Below, in pieces: positions 23,851 through 35,343 of a stretch of 64,000 nt of DNA. The position numbers were made by a program, and so were the translations under genes. The first letter of the stretch is position 1. Every line of letters begins with the position of its first letter. This DNA comes from Phoronis australis (taxonomy: Eukaryota > Animalia > Phoronida), in NCBI GenBank assembly GCA_002633005.1, contig NMRA01000006.1:604414-668413 (forward strand). Reading direction: 5' to 3'. Under the pieces are notes generated by a model. It was not told the DNA's origin, did not search any database, and worked only from the letters and a program-made list of their open reading frames with translations.

Positions 23851-25009
23851 TATTGCGTATTCTCAAGTATATGTCGTGAGTATGAAAGCGATTTCCCGTC
23901 TGTCCGCCAGGGGTAGCGATGGAACTTCAGAGGGATTCCGGGTGGGTGACCCCTTCCTCCAACAGATGTGGATTTAGTTGGACAAAAAGGAAAAATTTGG
24001 GCACGGGAAGAAAGGGTTGAGAAAAGAGGTCCGTTTAAGCGGGTGTTTCCAGTTTGAGAGTTGTGAAAAGTGGTCGTTTCATATGGACTCAGTCCGTTAG
24101 TGATAAATTTGCCGTGGCCTTTACCTGTGGGTTTCTTGGTATTATGATCATTACATGTTGGTCACGTGATGTGACCAAGAGATTGCGTGCAGGCAACATT
24201 TAAAAATGTTCGCGATTATTTAGATTTGCTGTGAGTTTTCATTCCGATGAAATTATTCCATGTGGTCACACGAGTGGCGTATAGTTGATCAACAAATAAG
24301 TTCACCGCCATGATCACGGAAGCGTTTCCGTCTCGTGCCGCAATCGCGACTAACGAGTTTCTCTTACAAACTAGCTTCAGATCAACTCGTTTCAGCAGTT
24401 CCCTGGACTGTCACGAAACAGGACTGTCTATAAGGAAGTAGGTGGTAATGAAATGTTTAATCCAATAAGATTTTAATTAATCAGTGAAAGTCAGGATTAA
24501 AATTCATTTAGGGGAGTGGTTAATTAATAAATTTGATTTTCCCTTGTAACACTCATGCAGGTGGACATTAAAAACAGAAATTTTACGAAAGGCCATGAAA
24601 AAATAAACGAAACTGTTTCATCGCCCACTCACCAACCGAGTTTCCTCACAGATGACGTCGTCCAGTTTACCAAATCTTTCTATATTACTAGAAAAGTTTG
24701 CGGACAAAAGAACAAAGTGATTGCTGGTATGCTTTGATCAAAGTTTTGCATTTTTTTATAAATTGTTTTGCTAATCAATGACAGCGTTCATCGACACGCT
24801 CAAAAAATATTACCTCTGCGTATTGAAGAGCAACGAAGACTTCATGTATAGTACATTTCAACAAAAGTAATCAGACAAAATACCATTTCCTCGCCATGAC
24901 AGCTAATTTTATTCACACCAAAAACAATTGGTAAAAACTATTATGACGTCAAATTCTAATTACAAAATTGCGTAGCCACATTACTAACTTCCCTGTTACG
25001 TCATCTTTC

Positions 25010-25271
25010 ATCTTCGTTCATGGGAGCAGATTACTCCGACGTTGAATTCGTCTTCCTCACAGTCGCCATGACGGGGAATAGCGTGTTTGTATTCTTTTGG
25101 GGTGTACATTAGGTGATTTTGTTCTACTGTCTACTTGGCCGATACAATGGCATTTCTGAAACCATAAGCGATAGTTTTGGCAGAAAAAGAACAGAAAGTA
25201 AAAAAAAATAAAGCTCGAGACAATAATGTTGCAATGACATTAGCAGCTGTCTACTCTAGTAAGTACAACAT
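25010..25271 (-). pseudogene. possible decayed paralog of the 21137-21358 membrane microprotein
   Basis: ATGTTGTAC start versus ATGTGGTAC; shared CTGCTAAT..GCAA; one frame reads IIVSSFIFFYFLFFFCQNYRLWFQKCH versus FVTNYEFSERFKRQH; broken by stops and frameshifts. Confidence 0.3.
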
Positions 25272-27236
25272 GACCAGACTTTACTCTCAAGTATGTATAA
25301 GATGCGACATTGCGAGCTGCTTATCTTTGTGCAGTTGAAACGGCAGCGTTCTCTCTAGATGTTTGTTTGGGGGCTTGTAAAATGGAAACACATATTTTGA
25401 TACTGCGGATATTTTTGACTTAGTTAATAACTTAATTTTTTCTTTTTACTATTCTATTTTTATTTAGGTCATGTGATCAATTCTTTTCGTGAAATTCAAC
25501 AATAAAGAAAGGTTTATGGATAGGAAAACAGCGGTATTAATAACATGATTAAATTTTATTCGATATAGATGGTCATGGTGAGATCGTTGTTACACTTTTC
25601 GAGAATATCATTTCCTTTTTGTGTTGTGCAACGTCATTTTTTGTGAAAATCATAAAAGTCATATTTTTATAGCCCCTTATGCAAAGGGAGAACATTCTAA
25701 AAATAATTCCTAAGGACTAAAGATCGCTTATATTTCACAAATTTGCCTTATTAGGGATATCAACCGTGTTTTTAGCTAAATCATCATTGAAGACTAAATT
25801 TACTTCGTTCACTCAAAATTGTTTTATTTAAACTATTTTGTAAAGCAATCTGTATTTCCTCACTAACCGTCCTTGAGTAACGAATAAATAAAATAGATGC
25901 CGTGCAGATTCCAACGGATAAGAATATAAAATAGTAAAAGTAAACCGAAGAGCGTTGGTTCTAAAATATGTTCATCAATGCCACGATATATTTTAGTACC
26001 GACGTTCGGCGTGTTACTTTTACTACTGAGTAACGGATGATTGACAGATACCCTAGCGTTTTCAAGAACAGTGCATAAATCAAAGTATATACAAGTTTCA
26101 TGGGAATTTAATCAGTCGTTTCTGAGTTATGATGTTCCGAAATTAGCTACTTAATTTGGACATTTTTCAGAGTCATACACAAGCTCAACCAACTGTCGCA
26201 ATAAAACGTCCAAAGGAGAATTTACTAATATTCAAGCATAGCATATTTAGTTGGTTTGGGGATGTTATCTTGTGTAGTTTTAATTATTTTTTGACACTTT
26301 GGCACATTTTTCTTACTTTTACGTTTTTAATAAAAACTATATTAAGACCGGTGCAGCGATAATCTAGTCAATCCGAAGCCGCAAAATTCATACTCGAATA
26401 AATCAAGTTAGCAACGGCGAGTCTTCTCATTGACGTAATCAGTGAACTCCGTTAGATCAATAGCTTGATCACACTTGAAGAAAAACAAAGGGTTACACCC
26501 TGAATTGTGAATCATAAAAGTGGTTTCCAAAGATCGCGCTGTATAGCTTTTTCAGAAGAATGCGTTCCGGAGACGTAAACTTGCGAAAAACAACTGCAAG
26601 ATCAAACAAAATCACGCGAGTGAAAGACAAGTGTTTTGCCAGTATGCTGCCATGGAGACATCAGCACTAGCGTACGAGAATAGCGGCTACTAAAGTAATC
26701 ATTTGGTGAGGTTGGAATGGCAATTAATGGGATAAAATTTCCTGTTTCCGTTCCATAAGCGAAGATTTCCATCCCGAAGAGTTTCGCGAGTGTCTTAGGT
26801 GTACCGAACGCGTCTCAATTCTTAGATCCGAAAGTGTGACTCTGGGAGCACTTTTTGCCGAACAACACAAACGCAACGTGTCTGAATTATTGAAACTGCA
26901 TTTCGCCTTGTTTAACTGGCTAAAAAACAAGAATTAAATTATGCCTCCCCTCTTAAGAAATCGGCCTTAAAATTTTCCTTGCCGAGATAGGACCCATTTT
27001 TCTATTACCAAAAACAGCATCGAAACCAATAACGACACAATAAAAACCTTCAAAATCTACTGGGGTTGGCGAACCCTGAAATATTGTGAATTCGAAAATG
27101 ACGCATTTTGCTTTGCCTGCTACTTCAGTTACCGGTTGGCATTCGGCAACACCAAAATTGGTTGAGCGCTTCGGTTATTGCGCACAGCTACAGAACTCAC
27201 TGAACTACCAAAGAAAAAGCACGATTTTACGCATAC

Positions 27237-27392
27237 CGGGCGTGCGTTCAGTAGACGTTAGGACCTGTGCTAGGACCTAGCTAAAACCTAGTCAAAGTCA
27301 CGTGTTCTCATTTGAAATGCATGGCAATATCTCACGTAATCTCGCGAAGTCTTGATTTTTAGCGAGGTCCTACGTTACTGAACGGGAGGCGG
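27237..27392 (-). mobile_element. MITE family A, copy 2
   Basis: reverse complement of copy 1 (GGCAATATCTCACGTAATCTCGCGAAGTCTTG). Confidence 0.8.
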
Positions 27393-27654
27393 TTGTCGTT
27401 TTCGGAATTTGTTCAGTGCATATCATTTCCGGTTTTGGAAGCTATACATTGTTATTGAAATCGACCTTCGCTAAAATGGTTTACTTCAGTTTGAACTTTG
27501 TCAATTTAGAATTAAGAATAATAATCAGTCAGCTATACACCCTGCCATCAGATGCACTATAAACTCCATATGTTCTCCGTGCACAAAGTCTGTGATCTTG
27601 CACGCAAGCCGCGACCATCACTACTGGCTGCTATGTCACTCTTCACTAGAGGCG

Positions 27655-27795
27655 CCTGGGCTTCAGTAACGCTTGGACTTCGCTAAAAACACGACTTCGC
27701 GAGATTAAGAAGATATTGCCGTATATTTAAAACGAGAACACGTGATTTTGGCTAGATTATCATAACCGCGAGAAAGCTACTGAAATGTACCCTGG
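27655..27795 (+). mobile_element. MITE family A, copy 3 (diverged)
   Basis: TTCAGTAACGCTTGGAC...GACTTCGCGAGATTAAGAAGATATTGCCG...CTACTGAA. Confidence 0.7.
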
Positions 27796-28053
27796 TGTAT
27801 TGGCACATTTTACTTCCGGTAAGTACGTTGTCCGCTTACTTATCGGGAGCTGAGATGAGCACTGGAAGAGAGTGGCGCCTCATTTTGTAGGAAAATACTG
27901 TAGACGCGAATCTGATGTCTACGATTTATGAGTGCATCGAACATGCTGGAATTAATCATTACGTCTTCTTTTTGTCCCCTTGATTCTACGTCACGCGAAT
28001 ATGACGTAGGATTTTGTTTGCACAGAGTCATGCAAGTGCTACTAACGTGAAGT

Positions 28054-28461
28054 ATGTTCTTCTTAGTATACCTTCTCGGAGGCATTATGGCGGTACTTGT
28101 GGTACTGTGCTCCATAATGTCCATTTACTGCTTCATCTGTTATTGCTTTATTCCGTTGAAGAGCAAAGTTTGGCATATTACTCCGAAAGTAGCTGCGAAT
28201 CTTCCTGCAAAAGAGGTATGTAAAACGGATTCCAAAACTTCAGATGATAAACTCTCGTTGAAAAAGCAGATTTCAAAAAATGATCTGGGGAGAAAAGGCA
28301 GGAAACAAAGTTCAGTGGCGGCAAAGATTCCAGGAAGTGGGAACAAGGTAAGCACCGGGAACCTCGCAGCCAGAAAGTCTATTAGTCACGCAAAATTCGA
28401 AAGACGACAAAACCCTAAAAGGAATACATCTACACAGACCAAGAAAATCCGCTTCACGTAA
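28054..28461 (+). CDS. putative 135-aa single-pass membrane protein with Lys/Arg/Ser-rich tail
   Basis: agtATG; long hydrophobic N-terminus ending YCFICYCFIP; ~100-aa basic low-complexity tail; aligns ungapped with the 21707 ORF over the first 35 aa. Confidence 0.6.
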   Translation: MFFLVYLLGGIMAVLVVLCSIMSIYCFICYCFIPLKSKVWHITPKVAANLPAKEVCKTDSKTSDDKLSLKKQISKNDLGRKGRKQSSVAAKIPGSGNKVSTGNLAARKSISHAKFERRQNPKRNTSTQTKKIRFT

Positions 28462-29379
28462 CAACAGGAGAGGCGCTTGTATTTGTGCATGTAACCATGG
28501 ACACCGTGTTCATGATTTAATGTAACCGACACTGGAACACGATGTTGCTCTACATGGGACTGAGGATTGTATAGATGACGTCAGCGAGCTACTCTTTAAA
28601 AAGTCCATTTCTGTCAAAACGGGAAGACTTGCTTCTTTGTCTAAAGAACGCCCGACTTAGAAAATGTCATTGGATTAAACGAAATCAAGTCACAATTGCC
28701 ATTTGAAGACTCACTAGGATCTCAAATTCCTCGGTTGGGTGGCGCCAGTGTGACAAAACGGTCCCCCGTAAAAATCCCCATGCTGTTCATCTAGACACAT
28801 AACTAGGCCGTCTCTTACCGTTCGGACATATTTCCACAAAGCCATGGAAACGTCTGCACCGAATAAGCAACAAATAGGCGTACACAGAGATAATCCTACA
28901 AGTTCCTCCTTTCTCAATCCGCAGATGTGTTTTTCATTAAACTAGTCTGGTTTGAAACATACATTGAACCTTTGCTATTCTAAACGATTACAAAAACTAG
29001 ATTTCGTGAAATAATGCGCTTCCCAAAATTTTTGAGTTTTTTTATTCTATTCACCCCACGAGTTAAATGAAACATAGAGTATTAGGTATCCGACTGTGGC
29101 TTGAAAGTGGTAACGTAATAAGCAACTCACAGTTCTTCACGTCCTCAGGTGAAAATAAAAATGACCTGGAGCCGGGATTTAATCTTTCTAATCGAACTCT
29201 GAATGATTTTGGTATTTTCTGTTATAACTTTGTTCCAACTCCAAAAAAACTTGAAACACATATGTTGCATGCACCCTCTACAAGTGTTGTCAACACCTAG
29301 AATGTATCTTCATTGATAACTTCGACTCCTAGTCTAGAATCATCTCGCATGCTGGGTCCCCGAAGTTGACCACTTTTCG

Positions 29380-31360
29380 GTCATGACTTAGAGTGCCACC
29401 TGTTGTCTCGCTGTTACCACAGCCACAACGACGCCTCTTCACCTGATCTCTCTATTATCTGCACCAAATTCTTCCTCGACGCTATACTGAGCGCCAGGAA
29501 CTTCATCAGCCTCCACGTGCTGCTGCCGATGAAACCTCTACACCCCACTCCGACTGGCGTTCATGTACAAAAACACTCGCAGCCCGCTACCGACGAGCCA
29601 TGGGAAAGTTCTGCGTACTTCAGTCTCTTTTTCTCATTTGGCTCTACCATACGGGATTCCCATGGTACTGTAAATTCCGCAATGACCATCCTCGTACCAT
29701 CTGACCATAAAACCAAGTCAGGCTATGGCTTGGGAATATTGCCAATGGTCCTACATCCACAGTCAACTGCCAAATCATTTGCTGTGTCCAGCATCTCTGG
29801 GTTTTGTGCATTCGTGGATGCATCTTCTCTACAAAACAAGATCAATGGGTGGTCAGTGTTGATAGCCAATTTCCTTCTTTCTAGGTCCAAAATATGAGCA
29901 GTCGCTTTGGGAATTTTATCATGTCTCCATTTTATTTTAAAACCATTCTCTGTGTATCTCATCCTTGATCCTTTATAAATAACCACTTATGAGACACCGC
30001 AGATCTTCTGATAAGTGATACGTATGCATCGCATTCTCAATAAGCTTGTGTGGCATCGACACATAGGCATTAGTCATGTCAAGCCATTTCACTGACAGGT
30101 CTTTCTTTCATTTCTTTTCACCCTTGACTAACTCCCTTATTACGCCTTAACAGCCAGAGTAACGGAGAATGCCTCCTATCTGCATCGAAGGGTTGATATA
30201 ACCTTACTCCAAGAGCTACGTCGTGAGCCTGTCTGCCAGAAGGTCAAAACAAACTATATCCTCCACACCTAGTAAATAATTAGGGCGGAAGTCACCAATC
30301 TTCAATGAACCTTTGTCTTTAGAAATGTGCAGCCACGCTTTCTGTCTTTCCCCATCTCCAGGGTAACTCATAGAGCGTCAAATAATTCTTAACGCCTTCC
30401 ACCGACGACGTAATAACTATGAAAACTTCGGGTACTTGTACACGATGTATGATAGACCGGGTGGTCCCGGTGATGCTCCATATTTGGCATTCATAACAAC
30501 AATCCTGACGTCGCAGAATTTGAAATCACCAACCTCCATATGCAAGCTTGGAGGATCCTCTTCATTCATCCACTCAAAGGTTCTTCACACCGAATGTCAC
30601 TATGAACCTCCTCCAGATGTCTTTCCAGATCTTCTTCGGAACGTCTGAGATGCTCGCTTGCTTCTTTTCCTTCGTGAACTTATATGGATTGGCCAAAAAT
30701 TTCTTCCTTTTCCGGAACTTCTCGGACTGCCTCTTCCTAAGCTGCTCTGCCTTCCAAAGAGATAAAAAGTCTACCCCTCACCTACTGTGTTAAGTGGGCC
30801 AAGCCTCTCCTTTCATGATCATCTGTTCTCTTCCACTGCCTCTTAGGGTATTCAATCTGCGATCTGATCTTAATTTGCCTTTGTCTTCTGTTTTGTTACA
30901 TACTTCTTTTTCGCCACCACACCTAAACGATCTTTACAAACTGTTTGATCAGCTCTGTCATGGAAACCAGTCGTACGTTCAGTAACACTAGGACCTACGC
31001 TAGAACCTAGCTAAAATCTAACCAAAGCCACGTGTTCTCGTTTGAAATACACGGCAATATCTCACGTAATCTCGCGAAGTCTTGCTTTTTAGCGAGGCCC
31101 TAGCGTTCTTGAACGAGAGTCAGCTTTCTCTGCGCAGTCCTCTTTAGATTTGTCTCCAGAATACCGTCAAGATCCTCATCAAAAAGACTCCAGGAATTCA
31201 ACTCATTGCCACTTGGCCAATGAATGCTCTCCTTCGCTGCTGCCTCAAATGGTGCTCCGAGCCTGTGCTTAGAAATGCCGTCTGCTTTCTGATACTCACC
31301 AGTTTTCGCAATCAACTGGGACATGGAATGCAACACAAACTCTGGGCCCTGTTCCTCTCT
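29380..31360 (-). mobile_element. degenerate HERO/R2-like (RLE-type) non-LTR retrotransposon
   Basis: Minus-strand remnants: IHWPSGNE..WSLFDEDLDGILE (~31130-31230), APGPPGLSYIVYK (~30435-30480), RT motif KWLDMTNAYVSMPHKL (~30040-30095), RLE PDLVLWSD..EFTVPWE..KKRLKY..GVGCRGF..SLWLW (~29410-29722); stops, frameshifts and an internal deletion. Confidence 0.85.
30968..31123 (-). mobile_element. MITE family A, copy 4, inserted within the HERO-like LINE
   Basis: same core as copies 1-3; LINE remnants lie on both sides. Confidence 0.8.
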
Positions 31361-34249
31361 GCCAGATATAAATACTTCTTCGCTGTCCTTTAGGCCAAAT
31401 GTAACTTTTTTCCGTAAAATACTGTAATATGATAATTTTAAAAAGGACTGGAACGAGATAAACAGACTAGGGTTTGTTCGTAAAGATTTTTAATTTCTGT
31501 TGATACCAGAACATTTTCGTCTAGTTTCAAATTTCAAAAAACGACATGTCAACTGCTCGTCACTTCGTCGATTTTTCTCCCACAAGACAAAGCACGTCTC
31601 CTTATTTGGTATGGCAAGGCATGGACGTAACACATTTCCCTTAAATGGAAAGTGTGATCTTTGACCTCAGGTGACTTCAAGCAACTGACTGTGAGCACAT
31701 GCGCGCATTTATCATAAGGGGGAGGGGGGTGATTTTAGAAACTCTGTGGTTTTTCTGGAAATTTCCTCCCGGAAGAAAGTTAATTACTCTATACTAGACG
31801 TTGTGAGATGGTACTCTCGTCAGGAATTTCTAAAAAGATTTTTTTGGCGACCTTTCGCGTTCCATGCCTCTTTAACACCTAAAAATGTTTTGTTGAAAAT
31901 TCGTAGCATGTAGTATGATAGGTTGTCGAAAGTGGTTCTACGACTGGAGCTGAACAGATGTCAGCGGCCAAACTACTCCTGCCATCCACCCAGGGCCACA
32001 AGTCGGTGCTTATGAAAAATGACCACTGTCAATGTAGGTTTTGTTGACTGAGTTAGCTAAGAAATCGCTAATTGTATCGAACCGTACGTCAAGAGCCTCG
32101 GCTGATGAACAACAACAACAAAATGAAAATGAAGGAACGAAGTTAGGCAAGCTCTAATAACAGAATACATAGGTCACGAGCGGTAGTTGGCATTCTAGGG
32201 CTAGACTTCTATGGATAATATAAGGTAGGACTCTTCTTTCCTACATAATCACTTCCTACGTGTAGAAATTTTCAAGTAACCCATTGGGACTATAACTTTT
32301 TCAAGAAATCTGGAGAACGCTTTGGTGTAGGCCTATTTACATGAGTATAAGTCGGGTTTGCAACATTTGATAAAAAGGTAGATGAAAGTTGTAAATGAAA
32401 TAGTTGGGAACCGACGCTTTCAGACTTGAATGAATCAGAACAAGATTCAAAATGCGTTGTTCGCAACTGACGATTTCGAAAAATCAATAATTCATCCATG
32501 TAATATAGGTGGCCCTTACAACTATGAAGGCATCGACCGGAATGGCTAGGTTTTTAATCAGGTAATCCATTCATCACAACGTGTTAAAATATTGGTTTTC
32601 TACCTAATACCATTGGATGGTAAGGAAATAGAACCTGTTAATGGAAAATTAATGACGATATTTTTAAGGTAACATTTACGTTCGTGTTAACAATGTTCGA
32701 ATTGAAATATGTTGAACTATCGTTCCCAATAGCGACTGCTCACTTGGCATTTTGAATTTTGTATTGCTCGTGAAGCTGAAGGGTACTTAAGGTCGCTACG
32801 CGCAGTCTAAAATCCAGATTAACACAATACCTTAGTAGCTGGAAAATGGGTAACCGAGTCAAGACCAACCCAGAAACGACAATTTTTAACCCCCCCCCCC
32901 CCCTCGTCGCTTTTTTCGCTTACCACCAGAGGCGACACCTCAGATGTATTAAGTACCTACCCGAAAGAGCAGATGCCTGAGAATTTGGGGCGGGATTTTT
33001 AGCCTGTTGTCAGAAAAAGAATACAAGTTGTTAACCATTTTGAGCTATTTTTGCTCAGTCGTAGCTTTTGTTACAAGCAACCGGGAAACTGAAATTCAGC
33101 AAATCGCAAACCTAAGATTTGAAAAAATAAAACATGTCAGCAACTGTATTTTTCTCGATATTTGTAATTTAGATGGCGTTGCCAGCCAGAATACGCGATC
33201 TCTCAACTCAGAGTTCTTGCAATAGGCGAAACAATTGCGTACAACACATCAAAGGAGACTACACGTTCAGTGCTGTAGTGGTAAAATAAGAGGTAAGTAG
33301 GCGCCCAAAACCCACCGTATCACCTTGAGCACTGAACATAACTTACGGTGCGTAGGCGCTACGTTCAAATGCCAGACGGTGGTTGGCTGCGCCTACGTGC
33401 GCCTATGCCCCACTACGGCACTGTACAGGTTGTACAAAATCCCATCCGAATGTTGGCTCTGCAGCGAAAACTGCCGAATTTGGTTTGTAAGTAACCATCT
33501 CCAATTGCAACAGTCGTAATCTGTTTTATTGAACTTAGTGCAAGGTTTTTCAGGTCCTTGTCTTAACATATAATTTCTAAGTTCACTCAATTCAAGCTGT
33601 CTTTTCCACGAAGTTTACAAAAGAGTTTGTGATTGGCTTCTGACAAACGAAAGCGAAAGCGTTCAGGTACGTCGATGTTTTGTCTGTGGACGAAACAGAA
33701 CTTTGTTCTGCGGATTTAAGTACTGCTGCATTTCTTAGTAACAAGTAAGTTTGTGTAGGACTAGTTATCGACAGGTCTGTGCATTTAGTCAAATACCCAG
33801 AAAATTCTAAGATTTGATATTGTAAAAATATATATTGTTTTAATCTAGAAAGCTTGTAGAATTCAATTTCTTGCCGATATCCATCTGCCAATGGGGGCGT
33901 GTCCATCTCTATTTATTAAAACTTAACAAAAAGTAAAGGTACAATGTACATACATAGCAAAACGACGATATCAATGACATCGCCATAATAATTTCGTTTG
34001 ATATAAAGGTTCAAGAAAATCATTGTCACGTTTTACCCGTGGATGGGTGAGCGTGGTTGTCACTGACCGGTGCTAATAGCTTCGCTGCGATGATAGACTG
34101 AAGATTGGTTCGAATTATCACTTCATTAATCTCGACCTTATGTTCATAATTCTTCTCAAATAAAACGACCGTTGTGATTTCGGTTCTATGCTGCAGCCAG
34201 TGCTGCAAAGCCTTGGCGTATCATGAACTCCTGAGTCATTTTCAGAAAC

Positions 34250-34702
34250 TGTTACATACGTTGATTCAGTAAAGCATTGTCTCTATAACTGACTCTCTGT
34301 TGACTAGCGTTGTAATTGATGATTTTGTGGCTGCAATTCAACCTTAACTTTAACTGTATCTGTATCGTTAACTTTCTTACTCTACTCAAACCAGCTTATT
34401 GTCACTAACCCGTGCCTGGTTATTTATAATCTCTTACAATGCTCTGGAATTTTTCTCCAATTCAAGCACATTCTAGAACTTTCCGGAATCCATCCAACCA
34501 TTCTACAAACATATACTAGGCTCTAGAATGTTCCAGACTACGATTCCATATTAATCACTATTATGCTGGAGACTACTTGAACGTTCTTTAGTATTCTACT
34601 GTAAACAAGTTCCATCACTACTTGCCTGACCCTAAAGGTCAAGCCGAAATCGTAAACTTCAAACGGAAATAAATTAAAACTTCATCTCGCTTCTGTTTTA
34701 CA
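34250..34702 (-). mobile_element. possible solo LTR
   Basis: TGTAA...TAACA ends on the minus strand, repeated TTCTAGA motifs, TATAAATA; no TSD found. Confidence 0.3.
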
Positions 34703-35033
34703 GTCAATGTTGAATTCATTTATGTTAAAACCTAAAGTGCTTTGGGGTCTAAAAGTCATCCGATCTTGAATTATCCCCGAATCTGCCGCCAACTCAAGCC
34801 ACAGACAATGCGTGCGCCATTTTCGAATCCGCAATTTCAGTTATGGCCAAATCCTGTAAACTCTGAAGCGTTTTCTTGAGTCGCAGGTGGCTTCGATGTT
34901 CTTGTTGTTAATGGAAACGTAATCTTACCACAGTAATGAATGAGATACCGAATTTATGCAACTAAAAGGCCAAGTTCGAGTTTCACTTTGGCCAGATCAA
35001 AATGCAGCTTTAGCTTTAAGCAAGGAGTGTACA

Positions 35034-35299
35034 CATGCGCGCACCCAGGGAGGGGGCTCGGGGGGCTCGAATGAAGTGGGCAAAAAGGTCCGCCTCAGAT
35101 AAACAAAAAGTCCGTGAGAACAAGACAAAAAGTCCTCAGGAATGAGGCGCGACTGCACAATTCATAGGTCTGAACGTAGAGCCCCGTTTTTCGTTTTTTT
35201 TTTTCGTCCTCGTTTTTTCGTCCCCGTTTTTATTTCCATTAAATTGTCCACATACTGAAAAATTTGAGGCTCCTATACTTTAGGCTGGGTGCGCGCATG
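35034..35299. mobile_element. MITE with perfect 15-bp TIR and 5-bp TSD
   Basis: gtaca|CATGCGCGCACCCAG...CTGGGTGCGCGCATG|gtaca. Confidence 0.85.
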
Positions 35300-35343
35300 G
35301 TACACCCCTTGCTGTAAGTTAATCTTCTCACTGACCCACTTAA

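Noticed and set aside
21137-28461. Endogenous viral element explanation for the small ORFs
   Set aside because: No capsid, polymerase, ATPase or integrase motifs seen and ORF density is low; not fully excluded without a database search
29403-29897. 164-aa plus-strand ORF
   Set aside because: Antisense shadow of the LINE endonuclease region
27655-31123. Composite transposon formed by MITE copies 3 and 4 carrying the 135-aa ORF
   Set aside because: Copy 4 lies inside the HERO-like LINE, which continues beyond it, and no outer TSD was found, so the segment did not move as a unit
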